64,000 bases of DNA from Octopus bimaculoides. Its lineage: Eukaryota. Below the pieces are notes generated by a model that saw only the letters and a list, made by a program, of their open reading frames with translations, was not told the DNA's origin and did not search any database. Below, piece by piece: positions 44,708 to 57,722 of the stretch. Position 1 is the stretch's first letter, and the number at the start of each line of letters is the position of its first letter. The position numbers were made by a program, and so were the translations under genes. The stretch is from positions 52,059,819-52,123,818 of the forward strand of contig NC_068996.1 in assembly GCF_001194135.2 (NCBI RefSeq), read 5' to 3'.

Positions 44708-45910
44708 CAAGGGTTGGACAAAATAATGGAAGCACCTTAAAATTTCAAACAAATTTATTTTCATATAGAGTTGGACCACCTTTGGCAGTAATTACAGCTT
44801 GAATTCTACAAGGTATAGACTCGTGCAAAGTTTGAATTGTTTCCAAAGAAATTTTTGTCCCTTCTTCAACTAAAACAATCTCTGGTTCTTGTAGTGATGA
44901 TCATGGAAGATATCGACTCCTTACTTGTTTCTCTAGAATGCACCATAAATGTTCAATAATATTGAGATTAGGGGACTGTGGTGGCCAGATAAGATGTTCA
45001 ACTTCACTAGAATGTTCCTCATACCATTCAGTAACAAATTTAGCTGTGTGAATTGGTGCATTATCATCCTGAAAGATTGCGTTTCCCATAGGATGAATTT
45101 GATCAGATAAACTGCTTAAATAGTCTTGACTGTTAATTCTGCCCTGAAAGGAAACCATTGGGTTAGTGTATTTCCAAGATNNNNNNNNNNCATCACAGAT
45201 CCTCCTCCATGTTTAACAGTTGGAAGAAGGCAGTCTAGGTTAAATGCATCTTTTGGCTGTCTCTACACATATTCTCGGCCGGTGGTTGGAAATAAGGTAA
45301 AGGATGACTCATCCAAGAAAATAACATTTTTCTACTGCTCCAGGAACTAATTCTGTAGATTTTTACTCCACTCTAAACACTTTGCAACATTTGTTTTTGA
45401 AAGTAGTGGTTTTCTGATTGCAGCCCTCCCGTGAAATCTGGCTTTGTGGAAAGTGGGTTCTTGAGGTGGTCATTAAGCTCTGCAGTAATTTTGGGAGCTG
45501 TACTTTATGATCCTTTCTAACAATTCATGTAAGAGTCCGACAGCCCCTATCTGGAAGTTTTGGTTTTCCTCTGGAGTTTTGTCTTGACAAGGAGATTTTC
45601 CCTCTTTCTGAAAGTCTGTCATTACTTTCAAGACAGTACTTCTTGATACACCAAACATTTCGGCTATTTTCGTTACACTAGCGCCTGTTATATGAGCACC
45701 AACAATCTGACCTCTTTGAAAGTCTGATAGATCTGTCATTTTAATGAATTTTAATTACCTTTTCCTGATCATGTCTGAAAAGAAACAGCAATTTTAGCAA
45801 AATATATTAAGCAATACTAATAATAAATCAAAAAACATAAAAACCAACCAGCTTTATAGATATTTCAAAATTATGATGCTGGGTGTTTCCATTATTTTGT
45901 CCAACCCCTG
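44708..45910 (-). mobile_element. Tc1-family transposon, near full length, pseudogenised
   Basis: TIR CA(A/G)GGGTTGGACAAAATAATGGAA(G/A)CACC at both ends; MTDLSDFQRGQIVGAH..VSRSTV HTH; FQDDNAPIH...WPPQSPNLNIIEHLW (DD34E-type C-terminus); TA-rich flanks. Confidence 0.92.
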
Positions 45911-46129
45911 TATATACATACATACATATATATCATACATATATATACATACATACATACATACATACATANNNNNNNNNNNNNNNNNNNNNNNNNNNNN
46001 NNNNNNNNNNNNNNNNNNNNNNNNNNNNNNNNNNNNNNNNNNNNNNNNNNNNNNNNNNNNNNNNNNNNNNNNNNNNNNNNNNNNNNNNNNNNNNNNNNNN
46101 NNNNNNNNNNNNNNNNNNNNNNNNNNNNN

Positions 46130-46935
46130 GGTGGCCCTGTCCTTCCAGAGCATGTGCAAAAGTTTTTGTGTCTGTAGGTTGTGCCATTCGTCCACAGTGA
46201 CGTGTTCAGTACAGACATAAAGAGTGGGCTGTGCGATTTTTCTTTTTGAATCAAGATGACCGAGCGCATGGAGCAAAGATACAGTATCAAATTCTGCCAA
46301 AAACTTGGTGAAATGCAAGCCCAGACTATCAAGAAGATTCAGAAGGCCTTTGGAGATGATGCTATGGGAAAAGCACAAATAAAGAAGTGGTACAACTGGT
46401 TCAAAGATGGTTACACTTTAGTGGACAGTGAGCCATGTTGTGGCCAGATCATTGACTAGCAGAAATGACAAAATAGTTGCAAAGGTTCGAGATTGTCGCC
46501 AAAGTTAGAATCAGCCATAGATCAGTTCAGTCTGAAGATTTGTGCATGAAGAGGGTGTCGGCCAAATTCAAACCAAAATTGCTGTCTGACCAACAGGACG
46601 GAAACAGAAAGGAAATCTCCCAGGACATGCTGAAGTGTGCTAGCCAAGATCAAAACTTCACGAACACTATCATCACTGGTGATGAGATATGAGTGTACGG
46701 CTATCACCCTGAAACAAAATTGGAACCATTCCAATGGAAGCATCCATCCTTGCAAAGACCAAAGAAAGCAAGACAGGTGTGCAGCAATAAAAACTGATGA
46801 TGACCTGGTTTTTTTTTACTACAGAAGTATTGTGCACCATGAATATGCACCATAAGGTCAGACAATTAACAAAGAATATTACCTGGAAGTTCTCTGTTGC
46901 CTTCATGAAGCTGTGCAGCAAAAATGACCCAACCT
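46130..46935 (+). mobile_element. mariner transposase remnant (3'-truncated, left end in gap)
   Basis: MEQRYSIKFCQKLG...KKWYNWFKDG; IITGDE-W.YGY.PETK; IVHHEY.P.GQTINKEYYLEVL. Confidence 0.85.
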
Positions 46936-47459
46936 GTAGGCAGCAAAGAGGTCATCAATGACCCAACCACAAAGAAAAATTTTTATTTTAATTTTATTTA
47001 TATATTTAAATATATTATAAATATCTAATATTATTAAGCAAGAAAAGGGAGAGTTTTAATGAATAAAATGAATTTATTAATTACAATTGTTTCAATTCAC
47101 ACTCAAGATTTTGAGTGATATATCATCACGGTGGAAGGACTTTAAGGAAATTACATGTTGACCAGTTGAGACATTTTAACAGAGTTAGCAGATGAGAGAA
47201 TGTTTAGTTATTTGCATGTGTGTGTGGGGGAGAGGGGGTAATATTTTCCTTAAGATATAAAATAAAACATATAAAAGTATTACAATATGTAATATGCACA
47301 TATAAGAATAAAATAAAAGTAAATGATAAATATTAATAAAACTAATAAAAATAAAGATAATAAAAAATATTCAGACTATGATAAGTTATACAGACATAAA
47401 TAAAATAATAAAAAATAATAATAAAAGGTAATAAATATGATAAAATAAATATATATATA

Positions 47460-47920
47460 TGGCGTAGGTAGTAACTCCATAAGATGTACCCAGTGTAAGC
47501 TATGGATGCATAAGAGGTGCAGCAATATCAAAGGAAGGTTAACTAGGAAGATAGTTTTGTATGTGGCAAGTGCTCAGGAGCAATAAACACTGAGAATTGG
47601 CAGAAAACAGCTTCCGTCACTTTCCAGCGGAAAAAAACTACAAGTAGTTGATAGCTTCCATTACCTCGGTGACCAAGTCAGTAGTGGTGGGTGGGTGCAC
47701 TGAAAGTGTAGCTGCTAGAATAAGAACAGCCTGGGTAAAGTTTGGAGAGTTCCTACCTCTGCTGGTGATAAAGGGCCTCTCACTCAGAGTAACAGACAGA
47801 CTGGATGTGTAGATAGAATAAGTACTAGGCTTACAAAGAATAAGTCCTGGGGCCAGTTTGTTTGATTAAAGGTGGTGGTCCAGCATGGCCACAGTCAGAT
47901 GGCTGAAACAAATAAAAGAG
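47460..47920 (+). mobile_element. RTE fragment fused to a SINE tail
   Basis: SIRCTQCKLWMHKRCSNIKGRL; YLGDQVSSG; then ATAGAATAAGTACTAGGC...GAAACAAATAAAAGAG. Confidence 0.75.
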
Positions 47921-47976
47921 TATATCAATAATGTAGGTAGCTGATTAGCAATTAAAACCTAAAGGCACCTTATTGA

Positions 47977-48036
<60 letters not shown>

Positions 48037-48099
48037 ATCGGTATAGGATACAGCCTAATTACTTACATAGTTAATTAGTTTATTCAGGAAGGCGTCATC

Positions 48100-49440
48100 T
48101 CCAGAGATTGGTGTAGTAGTATTATAGTCAGCTGCTACAAGGATAAATGTGATGTCTTAGATAGAAACAACTACAGAGGTATCAAACTGCTAGACCAAGT
48201 CAGGAAAATTACAGAGAGAGTTATATCTGAACTAATTAGGGATAGAATTAAACTAGACGAGATGCAGTTTGGTTTTGTACTTGGGAAGAGATGCCATCTT
48301 CTTAGTAAGACAGCTGCAGGAAAAAGTAGGTCATTGTACTTAGCTTTCTTCAACCTGGAGAAAGCTTTCAACAGAGCCATCACTGTTATCTGGTGGTCTC
48401 TAAGGAAGCTAGTAGGAGAGGAGTGGCTTTTTAGAACTGTACAAGTGATGTACAGTGGTGCTGTCAGTAAGGTGAGACTTGGCTACGAATACAGTGATGA
48501 ATTTAGTGTACAAGTAGGGGTTCACCAAGGTTCAGTTCACATCCCACTCTTATTCATTATAGTCTTCCAGGTCATAACAGATGAATTCTAATCTGGATGC
48601 CCATGGGAACTGCTTAATGCTGATGACCTCACTTTTATTGCAAAATTTGTAGCAGAATTGAAGAAGAAATTCCAGGTGTGAAAGAAAAAGGGCCTTAAAG
48701 TTAACATAGCAAAGACCAAAAGGGCATTGAAGTTAATGTAGCAAAGACCAAATTTGTTGTTAAATGACCCTGCTTAATATGTAAGCAAGGATTGGAAGTA
48801 ATTTTATTCACTGCAGCCATTGTAAGCTATGGACACATATGAGTTGCAGTGGAATCACAGGTGGATTATCAGATAAAGTAGTCTTCTATGTGGCAGATGT
48901 GCAGGAACAATAAGCACTTCTCTCAAATGCCCAGGAGGCTCTCTTGAGGTTTAAATAGTTTCTGTTACTTAGGTGACCAAATTAGCAATGGTCGAGGATG
49001 CTTTGAAAGGTAGACTATCTGATGCTTTTGTGCAAACAGCTATACTCCATCGTAGTGAGACATGGGCTCTGAATGCAGAAGACATGCGTAGACTGGAGAG
49101 AAATGAAGGCAGTATGTTCCACTGGATGTGAAACATCAGTGTGCATGTGTGACAAAGTGCAAATGTATTGAGAAAAAAGTTGGTTATAAGAGGAATCAAA
49201 TGTAGCATGCAAGAGAGATTACATTGGTTTAGACATGTGACATGTATGAATGAAGACAGTTGTATATGAAGTGCTATTCATTGAAAGTGGATGGTACCCA
49301 CGGAAGAGGGAGATCCAGGAAGGCATGGGATGAAGTGGTGAGGACTGATCTCAGGATGTTGGGTCTCAAGAAGAAAATGACAACGGACTACAATGTCTGA
49401 TGATATGAGGTTCTTGAGAGACCTGACCTTATCAACAAAA
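48100..49440 (+). mobile_element. Older RTE LINE RT region
   Basis: NYRGIKLLDQV; LAFFNLEKAFNR; GVHQGSV; LLNADDL; GRGRSRKAWDEVVRTDLRMLGL. Confidence 0.88.
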
Positions 49441-49880
49441 CTGAGTTCTACAAGTGCTGTGTGTTCCACCCGCACATAACAAAAAAACTTTTCACACATC
49501 CTACCCCAACAAACCAAACTACATCTCTTCTCTTCTCACATCTCCTCTTTCATGCCTTATGCTTATCTCTCACTCCCCAATCCTGTCCTCACAGCCTATT
49601 CACTGTATTATTGCTGTCTAGTAGCACCCCTATCCCCTCTATATACCCAGGTTTTCACCACTCACTTCATTCCACACCCCACTCTCTACTCACACTTCCT
49701 TGGCAATATCCTGTCACTTATATTATGATCTGTGCCTCAAGGGTATGCCCTGGCACTTGCCACCATCTATATCTCTCTCTGCATTTACTCAACCATCCCA
49801 TTTATATTCTGATCCCCGTCCCTTGTAAGGATGCCTGACACTTTGCCACCGTCTCTCTCCTGCAATCTTGCTGTCTCCCA

Positions 49881-50210
49881 CACACATGCACACTGATGTT
49901 TCACATCCAGTGGAACATACTGCCTTCATTTCTCTCCAGTCTACGCATGTCTTCTGCATTCAGAGCCCATGTCTCACTACGATGGAGTATAGCTGTTTGC
50001 ACAGAAGCATCAGATAGTCTACCTTTCATTCTGAGAGAGAGTCCATTTGTTGCAAACAGAGGTAATAGCTCTCCGAATTTTTATTCTAGAAATAATGCTT
50101 TCAAAGCATCCTCCACCATTACAAATTTGGTCACCTAAGTAACGGAAACTATCTAAACCTCAAGAGAGCCTCCTGGGCATTTGAGAGAATCTGACTTAGT
50201 GCTTATTGTT
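49881..50210 (-). mobile_element. Inverted duplicate of the RTE segment at about 48908-49151
   Basis: One mismatch over 147 bp with 49005-49151. Confidence 0.85.
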
Positions 50211-50789
50211 TCAACAAATCTGTCACAGTATCTCTTTTACAGCAGCACACCTGTTTCTGTCTCTCTCTCTCTCTCTTTCACAAGCTTGTGATAATAATAC
50301 CAGTGATGGTGATGAGGATGACTGAGCTGATTTTGCTTGTGTACTGCTGTTTGGAATGGAGTTGGTGCATTGTTACTTGAAGACACCTTTCCTATTTGTA
50401 TCTCCCAGGTTTTAGGAGTGGTGTATTTTGTTTCTTCTCCATTTATTATTATTATTATTATTTGCTTTTGTTACTGTTTGCCATTTGGTGTCCTCCCCAA
50501 CACCTCCACTACATGACATGTCTGTGTGGTATGAGTCAGGGACAGACATGTCCTGCAGAGGTTTGTGGTCTCATTTTGTTGTTGTTTTGAAGGCTTCTGT
50601 TGCTATTTTTATTACTGCTGTCTCTGATGTCCTTGATGTTGATGTATTTTCTGTTCTTTTAACCGTTTCTATTGTTGTAGCTGCCTGCCTCTGTTGGTGC
50701 TGTAGTTGGATTTGCTGTTGCTGTTGTCATTATCGTCATCGTGGTGGTGGTGGTGGTGGTGGTGGTCATGGTGGTCATGGTCTCCCTCC

Positions 50790-51370
50790 ATTACTTTAGT
50801 GTGTACAGAAAGCATTGAAGTGGTTTGTATCACCACATAAGCGACACCCCAGCTTTCTGCTTTCAATGACCTCATGTAATTTTGTACCACCTGGTAGATC
50901 AATAACGTACACAGCAACTTCCATACTTTGGTGATGTGTCTGGATCAGTTGCCCAATCTGCTTGTCTGACCAATTTTGTTTCTGCAACCTCTGAACTTGC
51001 AGAATTGGGATTTCCTCCAACTACCTGTTTATTTCTGGAGACACATTGACTATTTTTATTTTAAACACCCAACATTGAAGGTAAATTGATATGAGGACCT
51101 GTTCTTCTCTTATTAGGGTGGTTGTGGAGTGCTTTCTGATCTCATGCTGAGTAGTGAATCTCACCTCTACTGTTCTGAACTTCTCTCTGGCTATTTATGT
51201 TTCTGTAGTCTGAGGTACTTTTCAATCTCTTGTGTTTCCTGTTCTAATTTTTTGCCTTTTGTTGCTTCAGTTTTATATATGACTGTTCTAAGAATTGATT
51301 CGATGTTGGATGGATCTTGGTGTGTTGAGTGCCATGCTTAGGTCACTTTTCTCCAATATACTTTTCAAAT
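50790..51370 (-). pseudogene. Retroelement ORF1/gag-like remnant with CCHC zinc knuckle
   Basis: FRTVEVRFTT...; LGCRLCGDTNHFNAFC (CX2CX4HX4C); frameshifts and stops. Confidence 0.45.
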
Positions 51371-52379
51371 TTTTTAGGTCTTTTAAATCAATAAAAACCT
51401 CTTTGTTCATTTGACACATCCCATCAGTAAAACTGCTAACACTAGATTTGCAAGTTTGTTTTTTTTTGTATTAGTGTGAATGGTGTTGGCTGTTTTGGAG
51501 GTGGAGTTTGAACTCTGTAAAGTGTAAAATTGAGAGAATCCTTTCATTTTGCCAAGAGCATGATACCTCTTTAGTGACGGTGCAATAAGAAAAAAAAAAA
51601 AACCTGCAGTCTGTAAAATGTTTAAAACAGCTTACTTAGATCATCACTTTAGAATTACAACCCAGACATATTACCATAAAAGGCAAAGGCCAGCAATGAG
51701 AAATTAACCATGTCACTATAAAAGGTATCAATACTTTTATGAATGTGGTTTGACCAATGTGATTAGGTAGTGCGTAGCCAAGTGGCAGTAGACATAAAAA
51801 GTAAGTTACATGAATTTCCCTATCAAACACTTCTGGAAGTTTGACTGAATGTTATAAAAAGTTGGGATATTGAACTCCCAAACAGAACAAACTCATGTGC
51901 TACACAAAACTCTGTTGGTCAGTTTTGTGATTTGATATTCTCAATTTTTCTACTTATTCCTGTCTTTAATAACAATGAACAATGTTTGTATAAATAGACA
52001 AAGTATTTTTTCCAATGAAGAGTTTTAACTATCACATTCACTACCTTATGCTTGATCTTATATTCAAATAATTATTGTACATATGTGAATGCAAATATAT
52101 AAGGTAATAAAAAATATGGAAACTTATAAAAATATTAGAGTGGTTATCTTTGCCTTCACACTGCCTAACTAATATTGTGTACTACTAACAGTGAATTAAT
52201 AACTAAAACCTACTAAAAAGTAACTGAGGTTGTCAGACTGAGCAATAAGATAATTAACAGGAGACTAGTTATGGACACCACACCAGCTATATTTCCACTC
52301 ATACCCACAGTCAAGATTGGCAGACAAAGAGAACCATATCAATGAAACCCTTCAGCAGACTACCTCAATAATGACCAAA

Positions 52380-54934
52380 GGTATCTTTTTTATCATGGCT
52401 GGAGATATTAATGGGTATGTTGGTTAAAATCACAATCACCTCCATTATGTCCATAGAGGTTTAGATGTGGTATGAGAAATGCGGAGGATGTAAGGCGCCT
52501 GGAGTTCTGTGATGTAATTGATCAAACAATTTGTTTTAACACACATTTCAAGAAACTGACCAGCCAACGTATCACTTACCATTCCAGTGAGCACACAAAT
52601 CAGATGATAGATTTCATTTTCACCAGGAAATGTGAATAGACAGGTCATTGTAAATGCCAAAACTTTTCCAAGTAAAGAAGGTACGGTCCTTCATAAATTG
52701 TGACTTCAGAATGAAAGCTAGACAGACACAGAGGCAGAAGACAATATGGAAGAGGAAGACATGAAAGCTGAAGGATCCTGCAGTTGGTCATATCTTCAGA
52801 GAAATTCTAATTGATGTGTATAACAGTGCAAAGAAGGAGTTAGATTCCTATGGTACAGACAACAATTAGGAGTTCCAGCAAAATAACCTGCAAAGGTCTC
52901 AGCCAGACCAAAAATAGGCAGGGCTGTAAAGGCTAAGAGAATGTAAAATATGGAAGAAAGGTAAAAATAAAGAACATTATCAGGAAAGCTAGAAAGGAAG
53001 CTTGGCATCAGATATTCTTAGCTAGGGAAGAAGCAGAGAAGAAGTATTTGTTCATGTTCTTCTAAGTGAGGATGAGAGGCATCAGCTGTTCAGAGTTGTT
53101 CTCCCTAACATACTATGTTAGGCAGTACAGAGATATCATTAGGGAGATGTGTATCTGAAATGATGAAGGCACATTTGTCTTTACTGCTGATGACAAGAAA
53201 GAGACACAGAACTGCTCTTATTAGAGGCTGTTAAATGCATTGGATAAAGAGGGGAAACTTCATGCTGATCCTATAGAGGGGCCAGCAATTCAAATTGACA
53301 TCAGTGTGTTAAATAATATGATTAACAACATGATGGTGAAGAAAGCTGCTCAAGAATAGGTGCTGAGAAGAAAATATTTGGTGAGGTAGTCATTCAACAT
53401 TTCAATCAACTATACAAAAAATATCATACCTGATAGCTTACTTAGCAATATCATTGTAAACTGCTATGAGGATGCTTTAGAGAGAAGAGATTACAGAGGA
53501 ATCAAATTGTTGGATCAGAAATTATGGCGAGAGTCATAGCACAACAGATCAGACAGCTAGTCTGGCTTCATGTGAGGCACCACACATGCAATTTTTCTGA
53601 TAAGACAAATGTATGAGAAATAGTTAGCTAAGAGTAAACAGCTGTATCTGGAATTTATTGATTTGGAGAAGGCCTTTGATAGAGTGACACACTCCATATT
53701 CTGGTGGTCCCTAAGGAAACTAGATGTGGATGAATGTCTTGTGAGGGTAATTCAAACTCTGTACGGAGGGGCTTAAAGTAAGATATTACAGAATGTGCAC
53801 AATAGCTTCAGTAATGAATTTAGCATGAAGGTAGAGGTTCATCAAAGCTCCTCCTATCTATCAGGGGAGTTTAATACTGACTGTCCATGGGTTCTCTTGT
53901 GTGCTGATGATTTAGTCCTTATGGCTAGACTTATGGTGGGATTAGAAGAAATTCCAGGCATGGAAGCTAAACCAGGAATCAGGAGCCTTAAGATCAACTT
54001 AACAACAACAAAAGTTTTAGTAAGTAGGAAAGAAAACAGGATATCGGTACCATAAAGAAAATGGCCTGTTTCAATTTTCAGAAAAGGAGTAGGTATAAAT
54101 TCCATAAACTGTATGCAATGTAAGCTCTAGACAAGCAAGAAGTGTAGTGGGATTACAGCTGGACTATCAGGTACAGCATGCTTCCTATGTGGCTGATGCA
54201 CTTGAACAATAAGCACTGAGAGCACACAGGAAATAAACTCTCCTAAATGCTTGGCTGACTCACTGGAAATAGTCGATAACTTTTGTTACCTTGGTGATAT
54301 AATTAGCAAGGGAGGTGATTGTTTAGGAAAATGTAGTAACCCAAGTAAGAATGAATTGGAGAAAATTCAGGGAACTACTACCTCTGTTGACAATGTAAGG
54401 TTTTTTCCCCTTAGATTGTATGATACTTGCATTAGAACTGCTACACAAGCAGTTCTAACACAAGCCTTGAATGCACAAGAAATAAGATAAGCATGCACTA
54501 TTTGATGTGTAATGTTAGTTATGCATGAATGCCAGAGTACAAATAAACACTCTCCTATTCATGCTAGTCATTTTGATGTCATTCTTCTTCCTCTTCCTTC
54601 TCTCTAACCCCTCTCCTTATCACCAGAGCAAATGCACACACCCTGATTCACTGACTACCCTCTACGACTCCCCTATCCTTACCCTATAATAACTACTTCT
54701 CTTTTCAAATTTACATATACTGTGTACAGAGTACATCCCACACCTACTGTTTCCCACTGAATAGTGGGAGCTAAACAAGCAAAGAAAATGCAGGTTATGA
54801 GGTCCCTCAAGTCCGAGTTGACTCCTAGTTGCCTCCCATCGGGTGCTGTAACTTTCAATGGGAGACAACTCAGATCAGGAGGCCATGTCCAACCAATTCT
54901 AGCATGGAGTGCAGACATAAGATGATGATGATGA

Positions 54935-54937
<3 letters not shown>
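52380..54937 (+). mobile_element. Old, decayed RTE LINE (EN C-terminus, RT, pyrimidine-rich 3' UTR, (GAT)n tail)
   Basis: GDINGYVG; FNTHFKK..MIDFIF; DYRGIKLLDQ; FIDLEKAFDRV; LLCADDLVL; IVDNFCYLGDII; tail at 54920-54937. Confidence 0.85.
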
Positions 54938-55008
<71 letters not shown>

Positions 55009-55060
55009 AGAGAGATAGATAGTTAGATAGATGGATAGATAGATAGATAGATAGATAGAC

Positions 55061-55100
<40 letters not shown>

Positions 55101-55122
55101 GGATAGAGAGAGAGAGAGATAG
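54938..55122. repeat. (AT)n, (AGAT)n and (AG)n compound microsatellite
   Basis: Directly visible. Confidence 0.95.
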
Positions 55123-55471
55123 AAAACTAATATAAACAGCAGTTTGCTATGTTTCACCAAAAGGGAGATTTACAAATGTCACAAAATGTGACTAGGGTGT
55201 TAGGAAACACCTACATTGCTAGAAATAAGAGCTAAATTGCTCTAATGCTGTAGTCAATGCACATGAAAGAAACCACATAGACCAACAAGGACCATAATCG
55301 CTTGAAAAGTACCGATCGAGAATTCTAAATGGTGATGCGTCAGTTTCACAGCAATTTTTGTAGTCTCATCAGTTAAGATAGCTCGTCTTCAGCTCTTTTT
55401 GGACTTGCTTCACCATTAGTATTTATGTTTTCATCATCCAAATAATTGGATGATTTAGCAATTCACTAATG

Positions 55472-55521
<50 letters not shown>

Positions 55522-55683
55522 NNNNNNNNNNNNNNNNNNNNNNNNNNNNNNNNNNNNNNNNNNNNNNNNNNNNNNNNNNNNNNNNNNNNNNNNNNNNNNN
55601 NNNNNNNNNNNNNNNNNNNNNNNNNNNNNNNNNNNNNNNNNNNNNNNNNNNNNNNNNNNNNNNNNNNNNNNNNNNNNNNNNNN

Positions 55684-56311
55684 GTGAGACCAAAATCCAA
55701 GGCCTCTGCCAGGGATGTAGCCAGCCAACTTACGCGTAACATTCCTTCATTGGACACTAAACTCCACTTGCGAAGACATGGTGAGGCAAGTGAAATCGAA
55801 ATCAAACTAAATTTGTAGGAACACTAAACTCGGCTTGCGAAGACCTACTGGGGCAAATGAAATCGTGTTGGCACCTGTACCAGTGGAGCACTAAGAGCAC
55901 CGTCCGAGTGCGATCGTTGCTAGAGCAGCTGTCTGGCTTCTGTGCTGGTGGCACGTAAATAGCACCAGCGTGATCGTTACCAATGTCGCCTTCCTGGCAC
56001 TTGTGCCAGTGGCACGTGAAAAAACATTCAAGCGAAATCATTGCCAGTACTGATGGACTGGCTTCTGTGCAGGTGGCACGTAAAATACACCATTTCGAGC
56101 ATGGCCGTCGCCAGTACCACCTGACTGGCCCACGTAAAAGCACCCACTACACTCTCGGAGTGGTTGGCGTTAGGAAGGGCATCCAGCTGTAGAAACTCTG
56201 CCAAATCAGATTGGAGCCTGGTGTCGCCTCCTAGTCCACCAGTCCTCAGTCAAATCATCCAACCCATGCTAGCATGGAAAGAGGACGTTAAATGACGACG
56301 ATGATGATGAT
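55684..56311 (+). mobile_element. Young RTE 3' UTR/tail
   Basis: Colinear with the reverse complement of 40509-41190; ends GACGATGATGATG followed by (AT)n. Confidence 0.88.
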
Positions 56312-57196
56312 ATATATACATATATATATATATTCATATATATATATATATATANNNNNNNNNNNNNNNNNNNNNNNNNNNNNNNNNNNNNNNNNNNNNN
56401 NNNNNNNNNNNNNNNNNNNNNNNNNNNNNNNNNNNNNNNNNNNNNNNNNNNNNNNNNNNNNNNNNNNNNNNNNNNNNNNNNNNNNNNNNNNNNNNNNNNN
56501 NNNNNNNNNNNNNNNNNNNNNNNNNNNNNNNNNNNNNNNNNNNNNNNNNNNNNNNNNNNNNNNNNNNNNNNNNNNNNNNNNNNNNNNNNNNNNNNNNNNN
56601 NNNNNNNNNNNNNNNNNNNNNNNNNNNNNNNNNNNNNNNNNNNNNNNNNNNNNNNNNNNNNNNNNNNNNNNNNNNNNNNNNNNNNNNNNNNNNNNNNNNN
56701 NNNNNNNNNNNNNNNNNNNNNNNNNNNNNNNNNNNNNNNNNNNNNNNNNNNNNNNNNNNNNNNNNNNNNNNNNNNNNNNNNNNNNNNNNNNNNNNNNNNN
56801 NNNNNNNNNNNNNNNNNNNNNNNNNNNNNNNNNNNNNNNNNNNNNNNNNNNNNNNNNNNNNNNNNNNNNNNNNNNNNNNNNNNNNNNNNNNNNNNNNNNN
56901 NNNNNNNNNNNNNNNNNNNNNNNNNNNNNNNNNNNNNNNNNNNNNNNNNNNNNNNNNNNNNNNNNNNNNNNNNNNNNNNNNNNNNNNNNNNNNNNNNNNN
57001 NNNNNNNNNNNNNNNNNNNNNNNNNNNNNNNNNNNNNNNNNNNNNNNNNNNNNNNNNNNNNNNNNNNNNNNNNNNNNNNNNNNNNNNNNNNNNNNNNNNN
57101 NNNNNNNNATACTCATATAGTTCTATATTTAAGAAATGAGGAATTATGTACATTATTTACATTTGATGGATATTTGTCCTCATCATGTTTGTTGTT

Positions 57197-57242
57197 AACA
57201 CAACATTTCGGCTGATATACTCTCCAGCCTTCATCAGGTGTC
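57197..57242 (-). ncRNA. Minimal type I hammerhead ribozyme (best-preserved of the four arms)
   Basis: GACAC CUGAUGA A GGCUG-gagaguauau-CAGCC GAAAU GUU GUGUU: stem I GACAC/GUGUU, stem II 5 bp, loopless stem III, NUH = GUU. Confidence 0.6.
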
Positions 57243-57422
57243 TTGGGGAAATTTCAAACCTGGGTACTCATTCCTATGCCCACAGGCATATGGTGTTGTG
57301 TTTAAGAGTGCGGGCTACTAACTCCAAGATTCTGAGTTCAATTCCAGGCAGTGACCTGAATAATAATAATAATAAAAATAAAAATAATAATAATAATAAT
57401 AATAATAATAGCAATAGTAGTA

Positions 57423-57477
<55 letters not shown>

Positions 57478-57538
57478 TAATAATAATAATATCGAAAAAT
57501 ACCTTAGGAATGAGAACCCAGGGTCGAAATTTCCCCAA

Positions 57539-57584
57539 GACACCTGATGAAGGCTGGAGGGTATATCAGCCAAAACATTGTGTT
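57539..57584 (+). ncRNA. Minimal hammerhead motif with core mutations (GAAAC to AAAAC, GUU to AUU)
   Basis: GACAC CTGATGA A GGCTG GAGGGTATAT CAGCC AAAAC ATT GTGTT. Confidence 0.45.
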
Positions 57585-57648
57585 AACAATAAACAAGATG
57601 AGGACACATATCCGTCAAATGTAAGTAATGTAAATAATGTATATACTC

Positions 57649-57681
<33 letters not shown>

Positions 57682-57691
57682 AGTATATATG

Positions 57692-57722
<31 letters not shown>

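Larger units (their letters stand above)
57120..57642 (+). mobile_element. tRNA-headed, hammerhead-bearing foldback retroelement, copy 2
   Basis: Inverted arm 57120-57276; tRNA-like head 57275-57350 (A-box-like 57291-57301, B box GAGTTCAATTCC 57334-57345); (AAT)n 57359-57490; hammerhead motif 57539-57584; flanked by an ATACTCATATA direct repeat (57109-57119 and 57643-57653). Confidence 0.82.
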
